A DNA stretch of 64,000 nucleotides from Octopus bimaculoides (lineage: Eukaryota), in assembly GCF_001194135.2 (NCBI RefSeq), contig NC_068981.1, forward strand, positions 166,482,361-166,546,360. The letters are read 5' to 3'. Positions 1 through 57,975 of the stretch are shown piece after piece (the first letter of the stretch is position 1; the number at the start of each line of letters is the position of its first letter). The translations under genes and the position numbers were made by a program. The notes under the pieces were generated by a model. It worked only from the letters and a program-made list of their open reading frames with translations, was not told the DNA's origin and made no database searches.

Positions 1-256
1 GTGACTTTCATTACCTGATCTAAAAGCTTGATACCTCTGTAATTATTTGTATCTAAAGCGTCACCTTTACCTTTGTAGCAGTTGACTATGGTGCTGCTAC
101 ACCAGTCATTGGGTATGACTCCTTCGTGTATCACCTGGTTCGTAATACGGGTGACTAGGCTATAGCCGACACTGCCAGATATTTTGAGCATCTCTGCAGT
201 GATTCCTGATGGGCGGGGGGCTTTCCCTGTCTTCATACTCTTAATTGCTTTATCTT
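1..256 (-). mobile_element. RTE-clade LINE fragment (region upstream of and entering the RT domain), runs off the window start
   Basis: Minus-strand open frame KAIKSMKTGKAPRPSGITAEMLK...IPNDWCSSTIVNCYKGKGDALDTNNYRGIKLLDQVMKV; GKAP and NYRGI.LL motifs. Confidence 0.9.
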
Positions 257-309
257 GTCTTCATACTCTTAATTGCTTTATCTTGTCTTCATACTCTTAA
301 TTGCTTTAT
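228..309. repeat. 28-bp tandem repeat, about 3 copies, at the LINE truncation point
   Basis: Unit gtcttcatactcttaattgctttatctt starting at 229, 257, 285. Confidence 0.9.
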
Positions 310-464
310 GTGCAGTAAATGCACAGATTGTGCGCAAAACAGAAGTATACATATATACAAAACACAAATACAAGCAAAAAAAAAATAATCCTAATATGAC
401 AAATTTGTACACTCACTACAAGAAATGTATGTATACCACTCATATTGTGTACTGAATTAAAGTA

Positions 465-856
465 GGCGCAAGAGTGGCTGTGTGGTAAGTAGCTTGCTTA
501 CCAACCACATGGTCTCGGGTTCATTCCCACTGTGTGGTACCTTGGGCAAGTGTCTTCTACTATAGCTTCGGGCCAACCCAAGCCTTGTGAGTGGATTTGG
601 TAGACAGAAACTGAAAGAAGCCTGTCGTATATATGTATATGTTTGTGAGTCTGTGTTTGTCCCCCCAACATCGCTTGACAACCGATGGTGGTGTGTTTAC
701 ATCCCCGTAACTTAGCAGTTCGGCAAAAGAGACCAATAGAATAAGTACTAGGCTTACAAAGAATAAGTCCTGGGGTTGATTTCCTCGACTAAAAGGCGGT
801 GCTCCAGCATGGCCGCAGTCCACTGACTGAAACAAGTAAAAGAGTAAAGAGAGTAA
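465..856 (+). mobile_element. tRNA-derived SINE family A, near full length
   Basis: A-box TGGCTGTGTGG, B-box GGTTCATTCC, CCTTGGGCAAGTGTCTT body, (AAGAGT)-like tail; many other copies in the window. Confidence 0.85.
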
Positions 857-1201
857 TGAAAAATCAAAATGTATGGATTGGGTTAATACAAAACAGTATA
901 GAGAATGTGGGTTATGCACTAAAAAGTAAGCATGTTAGATTCATTGAAGTGTGGAAAAGCAAACCTGTTTGGTCTAGAAAGAGAAAAATAAAATTGTGTG
1001 GGGGTGTACAAGAGAGAGTAAACTGTCATTGGTTTTGAAATTAAGAAATTATTATAACCATAAAACTGATTTGTGTTTTGGGATGAAACCTGATAAGTAT
1101 CTATAGAGGAGGAGAAAAGGAAATTTACAATGTCCATATCTTTCTCCATACCATTAATGTCAAGGGACAGAATTTAGGTGCTGGATTACTAACTACATGA
1201 T

Positions 1202-1285
1202 TATGAACTCCTTAGTATGAACTCCTTAGTATGAACTCCTTAGTATGAACTCCTTAGTATGAACTCCTTAGTATGAAAGCCTTAG
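1202..1285. repeat. 14-bp minisatellite (tatgaactccttag) x6
   Basis: Five exact copies plus one variant, no spacers. Confidence 0.95.
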
Positions 1286-2289
1286 TATAGTAGTGAAGTT
1301 AGTAGTACTACTACAGTGTTTTGGTTTCGTCCCATGGTGTGGCACTTTGAGCAAGTATATTGTATTATAGTGCTGAGTTGACCAATACTACATGAATGAA
1401 ATTTTATAGATAGAAATTGTAAGTAAAGGATATACAAAAGTTTTCTAAGGTATTTTAGGGGGTGAAATATATTTTAATTCGTTTACTAAAATAGATATAT
1501 AGATCTGGAAGATGCTGCTGTTCCTGTTTAACCCTGAGTTAGCCTTGAGCGAGCAGATCTAGGAATAAGCATGTTCCAGCTATGATCATCCTGTCTTTTT
1601 TTTATATATCTAGGAAATTGTTCAACATGGGATTTGTGGTGGTGGTGGGGGCTCAAGACAGTACAGATGTGACTTAAGGAAATTTTGGCTATTATGTCTT
1701 TCTAGTAGACAAAGTAAGGACATCATTATTGGTGCATAGATTATAAGATGATGTGAATTTTGCAGGAAGCAGTTAATTTTTGTAATTTACAAAATTTTTT
1801 TACACTAGTATATAGACAGTTTAGTTGAGTTACCATTCATTATATATCTTTCCTTATTACACTATTGACTTGTAATTCCTAAGATAGCCATCAAGCTATG
1901 TGCATGGCTCTAAAATAAAGATTTCTAAAGAACCGCTTCCGTTCACTTCCTTTTAGGATTTCCTTTTTTATTTTATAGCTCTTGTCATGTATGCAATTAT
2001 CAGATTGTCTTCCTGGCAGATAAAAATCTCTTAATCCTATAAGTTTCCTCTGCCTCCAAGCAATATTTTTTTTTTCTTAATTATACCACTACTGAGATAC
2101 TTATAACTTGTGAAATGGGATAGTTTTAAAATACTCTTTAGCACAACTGTGTCTCATAAATATTGATTCCTTGCCTAGATTAAAAGTATTGGACTGTGAA
2201 CTACTTAGTTATAGGTTCAAATCTTAGTATGGCTATTCTATCAGTTACATCTTGAATAAGGCTCTTATCTTTCTTATTTCAGTCTATCA

Positions 2290-2322
<33 letters not shown>

Positions 2323-2323
<1 letters not shown>

Positions 2324-2500
2324 ACCTCGTGGATATCGTTGGTGATTTTTTCTTCCTCTGTCTTCCCTTCTTTGGACTTTCCTATGTTTCCGACAAAGAG
2401 CTCCGCTCGAAACGTCAAATTCTCTTTCTTTCCTTTCCCGAGCGTCCAGTAACACAATCTGTATCACGTCCTCGCGTTGTTGTTTTTTGTTGTTGTTTTC
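2323..2500 (+). mobile_element. CpG-rich probable Penelope-like 3'-end fragment with hammerhead-like motif
   Basis: ccgacaaa-GAGC-tcc-GCTC-GAAACGTC followed by a pyrimidine/GTT-rich tail; bounded by (TA)n and a gap. Confidence 0.5.
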
Positions 2501-2547
2501 NNNNNNNNNNNNNNNNNNNNNNNNNNNNNNNNNNNNNNNNNNNNNNN

Positions 2548-2760
2548 CATCATCGTCGTTTAACGTCCACTTTCCATGCTAGCACGGGTTGGACGATTTG
2601 ACTGAGGACTGGTGAAACCGGATGGCAACACCAGGCTCCAATCTGATTTGGCAGAGTTTCTACAGCTGGATGCCCTTCCTAACGCCAACCACTCAGAGAG
2701 TGTAGTGGGTGCTTTTATGTGTCACCCGCACGAAGGCCAGTCAGGCGGTACTGGCAACTC
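2548..2760 (-). mobile_element. Interspersed repeat with (GAT)n tail (probable RTE LINE 3' end or partner SINE)
   Basis: catcgtcgtttaacgtccactttccatgctagc...ctggatgcccttcctaacgccaaccac; homologous copies at about 9175-9375, 28735-28830, 31635-31860, 48330-48834, 49700-50115, 56815-57000. Confidence 0.75.
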
Positions 2761-4002
2761 CTCCTCCTGGATGGGATGTTAGTCTGTCACTGGATTACTC
2801 TCTTTTGCCAGCTGAGTGGAGTGGTGCAACTGGAAATCTATTGTTTTGCTCTAGAACATGATATATTACCCAGTCCAGGAATCAAAAGCACATTCTTAGG
2901 ATCATAAGTGCAACACCCTAACCACTAACTCATGGACCTCCTCATAAACGAAGAAAAAGTAAAATAGGTGCCAGTCCTACTTCATGATAAGTTAGCTAGT
3001 ATCCAACCTTAAAAACAGTTATTCCAACTACAACTAAAGAAAACCTCTGTGTTCAGAGCATAAAAAAAAGAAAGACATTGGATAACATTGACTGAAACGA
3101 AAAAATATTTGGTCACAGCTAGATTCTCTGTTCGTACATGCAAGACTCTACCTGGGACAAAGCAACACTGCTCTGACTAATAGACATCCCACATTTACTG
3201 TATTTGGTATGATTTGGTTAAGTAAACATGTGACATAGATTGTCAATGAAATGCTTAAGAGCAGCAAACCTGTAAACACCCCCTCCACACACACACACTC
3301 TTATGAAAGCATTCACTGTCTGTATCTTCTAAGCTCACCTTGTAACTTAAGATTTTGCTGTAACACCTCATCATTACCTTGCTTTTTATCTCCTTCAGCT
3401 ATGTATCTCCTCTACAGCAAGACACTTGTGCTTGTCCTTCTATCATATGTTAGCCTTTCAACACCTGGAATAAAGCCACTCACCTTCACTTTCCCCACTT
3501 AAATACTTCCTCATAGTAGTGGGACTTCTTCCCTTTCCTTGTTTTTTTTTTTTGTTTTTTTTTTTCTGTTTTGCAATTTTCATGGCAATCCCACTTGTGC
3601 ACAAAAAAGCACTCAGTAAATTTTGTAAAGTAATATTTGTATCTGTATTTATGGGCTATCTGAGTATATTCCACCGATGAAGGCAGAACATTTCTTATGC
3701 AGAGCCAGAAATCCGGGATCTGGAATTATTCAGTAATTTCTTTGGTAGTTTATTTTGTCTCTTTGTCTTCTCTCCTGGTGCTGTATGAACATTTAATGTG
3801 GTTTTAGAGTCAAGTTTTGGCTGCTATTCCAAGCATGGTGGTATCTCTTAGATACCCTTAATTATAATTTTAATATATATATTGGTAATTAATAAGGGAT
3901 TTCTCTAAATGTATACTAGTTTTGCAGTCAAAACATATGTATGTCTATTTGAGGCTGTATTTATATATAAATGTGAATGCTAATGCTACTTCATCATAAT
4001 CC

Positions 4003-4058
<56 letters not shown>

Positions 4059-4773
4059 GTGTATAGCTTATTTAGACCATTCCAGTGACCATTCCAGTGA
4101 CTTGCATTTGGGAATTTTATTCAGCATGCAACCATTCCATCAAACAGGTACAAATTGGTAGAGACACAACAGTTTTGGCATGTTTGAATGAGTGGCTACA
4201 TGCAATGGAAACTCCAAAGTAACAAACCACAGGAGATGATTTCTGTGGATTCTTTTGAGGAATTTCTGGATCCTAGATTGTAGGAAGGTAACTTCCAATG
4301 TTACTACACCATCCCTGTTTTGGGAGTTCATTCCATATGAGTTTTAATATCTATTTGTAACCTCCTCAATGAACTGATCTGTCTTTTGACCTTGTTACAG
4401 GTGTTTGATTGAATTTCCACTATTTTGGGGAGAGAATTTGTCTGTTTTTATTTCAAGTTTTTCCTCAAAATTCATTAGCTTTCCTAATCTTTTTGTTTAG
4501 TTTTGTGCTCACTAACTGGAGCTAGATAGTTGTAGACTTATTATCCTTTGTTGGAGGTGTAGCTCTCCACTGTTGCAGTATGGACCTCCTATAATATTAA
4601 TATAGATTCAGAATAGGTGCATGTATAGGTGTGTGGTTAAGAAATAAGTCTCTATATTCTTTGAACTTGGTTATTTATCCCATTACACAGTGTGTGTGTT
4701 TGTGTGTGTGTGCAATTCCTTTCATTTGTTAAAACTTATTAATGCTATGACAATATCATGTTTTATTGTTTAA

Positions 4774-4995
4774 CCCTTAGGATTTAAACTGGCCATATCC
4801 AGCCTATATATTCCACCTGTTTTATCCTCAAATCAGCTGAACCCCACTTCCCATCTCTCACACTTGCCCTTCAATGTCATTCTAAAAATATACAATCGTA
4901 TTAAAATCTTGAAGCTACGAGATAATACATAATTATTCAAAATGATGTGAATAAATAAGCATTATATTTGACAGAGTAATCTGAATGCTAAAGGG
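4774..4995. mobile_element. piggyBac-type MITE (TTAA flanks, CCC...GGG ends)
   Basis: TTAA-CCCTTAGGATT ... AATGCTAAAGGG-TTAA; same family at 12831-13050, 25300-25500, 28178-28392. Confidence 0.8.
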
Positions 4996-5275
4996 TTAAA
5001 ATTGTTTAAGATTCTTATTGCAGGAGCATTATTATTATTATTATTGATGTAACTTATTTGTGAAAGTGATCAAAATACCATAGCCACTAGAAGCTAATAA
5101 GCAAAACTAGTGGAATAATGGAAATTAGTCAATGATGTGACGTACTTTGAATAAGACATAATACATAGATTTCATGTGAATAATTCTATTCTTTATTTCA
5201 TAACTCATACATTTCGTTTCTTTTTTCAGATTTGTTTGTTCATCTTTTTTTAATAAAGATTTTGTTTTATTGCAG

Positions 5276-50611
<45,336 letters not shown>

Positions 50612-53221
50612 TCACTTATAAAACCATTCTGAAATGTTTGAAACCTGTTTTTTTTTTTCTATCTTGTCATAACTTTCTGTAATCTATCTTAAGTTTTATG
50701 TACCATGCTGATATATAATTATCCTATAATAATTATCCTAAATAATAACTTCAAATTTAATACTTTTTCTAATCATTATTGATATCATTTAGTATTTTTT
50801 TTTTTTTATATAGTTTCTAATAACATTCAAAATTAAATTTATTATATCTTACTGATGTTATAATAATTATTATCTAAAGGCTCTGGTAATCTACTTAAAG
50901 ACACATTACATTTTTGTCAATAACTACTAGTAACTCAAGTATTTTATACTACAACCAATAACACTTTTTGTTTTCTACTTTATTTTCAAAATAACCTTCT
51001 TTACTATATTTAATTTTTTTTATTCATAAATAAATCACTTGTGGGATATTTTACCTATATATTTTCAATGTTCTACCTTCATGAATGATTAACTTGTGTA
51101 AAAATTACTGTGTAAAACTTAATGAATTTACAACAGAGAATATGTAGCACCAAAAGTGATTGTCAGTAATGAAAAAGTATTGAGAATAATTTAGGTCAAA
51201 ACAATGACTCTTTCATTTATTTATGAGTAAATAATTACTGGAAATCATTTAACTACTTTTAGACATTCAGCTAAACAAAAGTAAACCTCATGACTTGCTG
51301 CATAATGTGACACTATATTATTTGAAATGTTAACTACTTTATAAAGACAAAGATCTAAGAATTATTTCCCAAATTTAATGCTTAGAGTCTTGACAATATG
51401 TTGAATTTAGTGAGGGTATTGTATTAGTTCCATATTACAAGGCTGTGAGCTATATTATGATTGGTATTTCCTGTTAGTTCTGTCGCTGCCATTTTTTAGA
51501 AGAAAAAAAAAGTAATGATCTTGATTTCATCTGAATTCACATGTTGCCTTTGCTAAAGAACTGTTGTTCAACTGAAAAATTCACTTAACTATTGTTTATA
51601 AAGTTATTATGCAAAATATAAAATGTATTGTGGTTATATGAGATGTTTTATTTTGATGTAAATGTAGTTTAGCCAATGAAATTGGCTATGGAGACATCTA
51701 AATTATGGTCTTAATGTCTAGTTCCACAAGATACTTCTTTAAACATATACTGGGACAAAGGAATAGTGTTGATTAAGTGTCAAGTGCTAAGTATTGTAGT
51801 TTACTTAGTGGTCTTGAGTTCAATCTGTGTATCAGTCAACCTAAATACACTCTGGTTCAAGCAGATAAGCAAGTGACATCATGAGTAGGAGAACAGCCAA
51901 ACAGAATAGTCTTAGGACAATAAAATGACACCAATCTATCCCTGTGTTCTAAATAAAGGGCTCAAAATTACTAGAACATTACTGAATGTAAAAGTCACTT
52001 GAAGAAAACCACAAGAAGCAATAACTAAAATATCACTAACAGCCATGAGGAGGACACTAATTCAAATACATCAGTGCATAGTAACCCTTGGGGTGTTGGA
52101 TAATCTCCAAAGTTTTTATCTTAATGTTGTAAAGGATGCACTGGAGTTGTTGTTTTTTTGTTTGTTTTTTTTCTCTCAGCTAGTAAGAGATTTGAACTCA
52201 GCAGTGCAGATTAATAAAGTGCTTGTCAATTATACAGTGATCTATATACAGAAGGGAACTGTGCCTCTCCAGTGTTTCTAGTTACAGGTAGATGTACAGT
52301 GACTTAATAGTTTAGTACCTACAAAATTTATAGTTCATCACCTGTGATGAGGAAACAAATTTACAATCTTTTCGCCTGACTAAGACTCTCATAAAAGAGA
52401 ATGATCCTTGATTTTAGTTTTCCCTAAATCATTTTATAATAAATAATGTTGGGGTTCTGTGATAAAAGCATCTATGCAATTACTCATCCTACTATAAATA
52501 GCAGTCAAATCTCCCTCAAATCACATCCTACCATCTTACAAAAAGGAGATACTGGACAATATAGTCCCTGATATACAAAAAACAAAACTAGTCGGTCATT
52601 GCTGAGATATTTTTCAGCATAGATCTACTGGATCAGACTTATCTGAGGCAAACAGCAGCTAAAGATCCAAGAATCAGGAACATTCACACACATAAAAAAA
52701 TTGGATCCTTTTAAGACAATTTCATAAGTTCTACTTTTTTATCTTTTGTGATAGAGAAATTATGAAATCAATCCTATTTTTGAGAGAGAATTCAATTTTA
52801 ATTCATTTTTCGTTAGCATATAAGCGAAGTCTCCACTTCCTTACATATCCATTTTGCAAAAAAGAAATTATCGAAATATTTAAAATTATTTTGTAGATTT
52901 CTTGCTTTTAAAAATTGTTTGATTTAAATAATGTTACTTGATACATGATGTGGCAAAGTACCTAATTATGAGATAATAAAATTCATTCATTCATCTGTAA
53001 AGGGATTATAAAACATTATTTTTAACATTTCACTTAGAATCAATGATATAATCACATTGTTATATGTGCCTTTATACATATATATGTATATATAGTGTGT
53101 GTATGCTCATGTGTATATTACCCTTATCCTAATCTTTATTTTTGGATTAGAAATTAAGCTTTTTACGGTTATCAATTTGTGTTGCAAGATTCCTGATGTG
53201 AAATCGTGTATTGAAACCAAT

Positions 53222-53947
53222 ATTGTTGTATTTCGAGATGGTCATATTTTTGCTTTTTCTTTTGCCAAATAAACACACGCATTATATATTTTTTCCTTCG
53301 TTCATTTATTACTGTACTTATTTTATTATTTTAATTCATGTCCATTGTCCAGAAATTTTTTGTCACACATCTGTGACTTCTTCAGCAACACTTTTCATTT
53401 TCATGTGTGTTCTTGCTTCACTTACTCCATTCTGTTCTTCTCAGGTGTGTATCCTTATGTGCACATGCATTTGTCTCCTTGTTTGTGTGTGTGTCATAGC
53501 TTTTAGCATCAGTGTGGCCTTCTCCTCAGCAGTCCCATCCTCTTGCCCCATTGTGCTGCTGCTGCTGTCTTAAGATCAAAAAATATTTTTCAGATTTTAG
53601 GACAGCAGGAGCAGCACAATGGGGCAAGAGGATGGGGCTGCTGATAAGAAGGCCACACTGCTGCTAAAAACTATGACACCACACACACATGCACACACAA
53701 ACAAGAAGACAAACACGTGCACATAAGGAAGTGTAGAAGAACAGAATGAAGTAAGTAGAACAAGAACACACGTGAAAAGGAGAAGTGTTGCTGAAGAGGT
53801 CACAGATGTGTGACAGAAGATTTCCGGACAATGAACATGAGTTAAAATAATAAAATAAGAACAATAATAAACGAGTGAAAAAATATATATATATAGTGCG
53901 TCTGTTTATTTGGCAAAAAAAAAAATGACCATTCCAAAATACAACAA
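53222..53947. repeat. Long inverted repeat made of two Penelope-like 3' ends
   Basis: 53222-53577 is a diverged reverse complement of 53594-53947; centre aaaaaatatttttt; both arms match about 35800-36180. Confidence 0.85.
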
Positions 53948-56900
53948 ATTTGCTTTGTGTACAATTCCCAATATTCTTACTAACAATTGTTATTTTTTTA
54001 CATCTGTTTTAATTAACTATCATTATTTTTTAGTTTGCATTATTTTGTTATTCTCCATGTTAAAAAGATAGGGTAGGGATCACTTAAGTGACATTTCCTC
54101 TAACCTAGTTGAGTAGTTGATTGCTAATTGTAATTTGAGAATTAAACTTCATAGGAAACTTAGTTTTATGCTAATTTTGTTCAATGTTAGCATAAAATTA
54201 GGGAGTGGTTAAAATAATAATTTAATCTAAACTTGAATTTCAAATGTTGTTCCCACCCTACTTCCAGTCTCTGATATAATCCAAGAACTGGTAGCATATA
54301 GAAACTATAATTTTCTTTGTTTTGTATTTTATGTCTATAATTTTGAAATAAGCTTTTAGAATGTAGGCTGTTATCAGGTTGTTATTCCTGATTTGCTGAA
54401 CTATTTTCTAATTGAAAAGGATGTAAATGTTACTTGTATCCAAAAATATTTAAGATTTGACATTGTACATTTAATTTTCTCAATTTTACTTTTCAATGTT
54501 TTTGGAAAAATTATTTGAAAAAATTATTCTGAAAAAACTATTTGAAATATTAAAATATATTGCATTAAGCTTCATATTTTGGTCATTTGCTATATCTAGC
54601 TACATATATTATGAATAGCTTTAGGAATATAAACAAGAAAATCTTTAAAATGTCCATGTGTGCATATTTTAAATATAAATCTGTAATTAGCAAAATCATT
54701 CTCTCAAGAGTTGTATATGAATCTCTATATGAAAGAATGAAAAAGTGTTATCCCCCACTTAAATTGTATTTAACATGCAATCAGATAGAAGTGTGATAAT
54801 GTATATATTTATATATGATGTATTTTTGTAATTTAAAGACAATATATATATGTATATCTTTTGAGAGAATGAGTCCAAAGAATGAGACGTGTAAACTGTA
54901 TTTTAATCTGTTCATTTGTCAATGAATAGCTTTGCTACACATAACAAGACCTGTAAATGCTACAGTTAAACAATTATCATACAGATTTTTAACTTTGAAA
55001 GATTTTTTGCATTTCTAGTTTAATGACAGCCATATTTGAATGATAAACAATTACAAAAAAAAATTACATTTTCTAAACTTGCATTTTAGTTTATTTTCCT
55101 TTAAATATGAATAATTTCATGAATTGTGTGATATAAATTCCTTTTCATATCTTATATAGCATAGTGAAAGTTTTTTTTCTCTCTTCGCCCCCCCCCCACT
55201 CTGAGCTAAAGAATAGATAAACTGGAGATAATTCAAACCCGTCCAACAGAAGGTATTTTCCTGCTCTTTCTGTTTACTTTTTGCTATATAATGTTGAAAT
55301 GAAATAATACTTTGGAATATATTAATCATCATTGTCTGTCTCCCTCTTTCTCTCTCTCTCATGAATTAAAACTATTTTTTTATCAAAAACTTTTCCCCTT
55401 ATACTTCTTTTTGTTTGAAAATTTTATTAATTTTTGTGTTTACCATTGGTATCCACTATTTTAATAAAATAAAATTTTGGTGTGAATATTAATCGTTTGT
55501 GTCATTCTTTTCTTAAAATTTCATGTGTATGAGGATGTTTTATCAGTCATTCCCCACCCTCATCCAAAAGAAAGAATTGCATTTATGCCAAAACTGAAAC
55601 AAAGAGGAATATGTATTGACAAAAAGGTCACACTCTTTTGTTGGGACACTACATTCTTTAAAACTTCCATGCTTCCTGATATTCACCAACAGTACACCTG
55701 ATGTCACCCCCACCTTTTTTTTTTGAAGACTTATTCACTGTACACTTCCTGAGCAATTTCTATGTAACTGTTCATGCCGTTTTTTGGTTACTTTTTCTGA
55801 TGACTTGTGCATCTGAGTACTGTATACAATAAGCTCATTATTATTTTTAAAAGCAATTAAGCTAGCTGGCTTGAAGATGTGATGGGAATTAGCTTCAACC
55901 CCTGTGTTCTGAGTTTATAGTCAACTTTGCTGTTCGTCCCTTTGAGGTTGTTAAAATAAGTTACTGACATATAATAGCATTGATTTAATGCAACTATATC
56001 CATCATCTTTAACAGAGATTCTCACTGTGGTAGTGGTACTGCCCCATAACAGGGTGCTGGGCATGTCAAAGGGGGAGTTAGGCTTTAGGTGATGAGGAGG
56101 CAGTGAGGTAACATAATTAACTAGATTTTACTTATGGTAGTAATTATACATGATAAAACTAATGGCAGTTATTAAAATAAAATGAAATCTCATCAGGCAC
56201 AAAGAAGTCATTAACTTGCAATGTATAAAATAAATTTACAAATGTTGTCTTTATTAATTTTTGTTTTTATTCATTCACTTATACACTCCATTTTTAGAGT
56301 AAAATTTGTAAATTATCATCCATGTTAAGTTAGTTTAATCTTGATACCTCACTCACCACTTAGGTGAGTGCTAAATATAACTACTTAAAAGGAACAGTGG
56401 AGAATCAAAAGAAAAATGATTAAAAACCACTAATCTATAAATTTCCAAAGTGTATGTAGAACGGTAAGAATCCAAGCAAAAACAAAATAAAATACATTTT
56501 ACTATGTATTCATGAAAGCAAATGAATTTATTCATTCTGAATACATTCTGGCAGATTTGAATGTAAATATCTCATCACTGTTGTTTTTCATAGTCTTAGA
56601 ACATCTCTCTTAAAATTATATATGTTCATAACACATGCGATTCATTCTGGTTTAAGGGGACTTTGAGACACTGCAGAAGAGACATTATCTTAAAGGAAGA
56701 GATATTCTCCAATGATGAGAAACAAGTGCTCAGATATTCACATTTGAATCTACAAGAATATTTTGAAAATGATTAAATACATTGTTTGGATTCTTGCTGT
56801 TCTGTGAGCACATTATTATCATCATTTAACGTCTGGCATGAGTTGGACGGTGTAGCCAGAGCTTGTGAGCTGGGAGGCTGCACCAGACTCCAGTCTGATT

Positions 56901-57339
56901 TGGTATGGTTTCTACAGCTGGATGCTTTGATGTGGCACCACACAGGTGCTTTTACTTGATGCTGCATGGACGCTTTTACGTTGGCAGACAACAGCAAATA
57001 ATTTGTTTGCTGATTTCTGCAAGAGCTTGTATTCTTATTAGATTTATCAGTCTGATGGTGGTATATTTGACTGAGTCAACACACTAAGGTCAAAATACCA
57101 CAGTTTCTTAAAGTCCCCTTACAACTGTGAGTTGTGTGTGTTATGAACATACATTGTCTAAAGGCAGATGTTTTCCATTGATGAAAAACAATGATCAGAT
57201 ATTCATGTTCAAATCTGCCAGAACTTATTGAGAATGAATAGATTCCTAATTGTAGGTTCAGTAACGCAAACTGAAAAACAAAGCTCAAAGCATGAGTGTA
57301 TATATATATTTTTTTATTATTATTAATCAGGAGAAAGGT

Positions 57340-57545
57340 GATGAGCTGGCAGAATTATTAACATGCTGGACAAAAATGCTTAGCGGCATTTTGTCTATCT
57401 TTATGTTCTGTGTTCAGGTTCCACTGAGATTGATTTTTGCCTTTCAAGCTTGGTGAAATAAGTACCATTTGAGTGCTGAGGTTAATGTAAATGACTATCC
57501 TCCTCCCCTAAACTTAAGGCCTTGTGCCTTTAGTAGAAAGGATTA
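57340..57545 (+). mobile_element. SINE family B copy
   Basis: gagctggcagaattattaac...caaaaatgcttagcggc...ggccttgtgcctttagtagaaag. Confidence 0.7.
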
Positions 57546-57684
57546 CTAATTGGTAGAAGTTACAGAATGACTCTGGGACTGAGAGTTCCATACCTTGGCA
57601 CTTATCAAACGTTAGTGTATAAATATCTGTTCCTCTGCTAAATAAAAGTATTTTTATAATGGCAATTACAGAAAGGTTAGTTAT

Positions 57685-57975
57685 AGGTGCTGGTAGATTT
57701 AGTTCCATTGTATGGCACCATGGGCAAGTGCCTTTTTGATTTTGCCCCAGGCCAATAAATGCTTTGTGAGTGGATTTGGTAGGTGGAAACTGAAAGAAGC
57801 CCATTGTATATATGTGTTTGTGTGTTTATCTCCCACCACCGTTTGACAACCAATCTTGATTTTATTTACGTTCTCGGAATCTAGCGGCTCGGCAAAAGGA
57901 GCCCGATAGAATAAGTACTGGGGTCAATTTCTTTGACTACACTCTTCAAGGCCCAGCATGGCTAATAACAAGTAA
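57685..57975 (+). mobile_element. SINE family A copy
   Basis: gggcaagtgcc...gtgagtggatttggtaggtggaaactgaaagaagccc...gatagaataagtact. Confidence 0.7.

Noticed and set aside
465-540. tRNA genes (also 21311-21390)
   Set aside because: The A/B boxes are SINE heads that run into SINE bodies; I could not build a full cloverleaf.
799-1038. 79-aa ORF as a small protein
   Set aside because: It starts inside a SINE tail and has at most a vague resemblance to a LINE C-terminus; no support.
1202-1285. CRISPR-like repeat array
   Set aside because: Direct tandem units with no spacers, no cas genes, and a eukaryotic context.
2323-2500. CpG-island promoter or first exon of the SLC44A gene
   Set aside because: No phase-1 donor in an ATG frame; the hammerhead-like motif and tail fit a retroelement end better.
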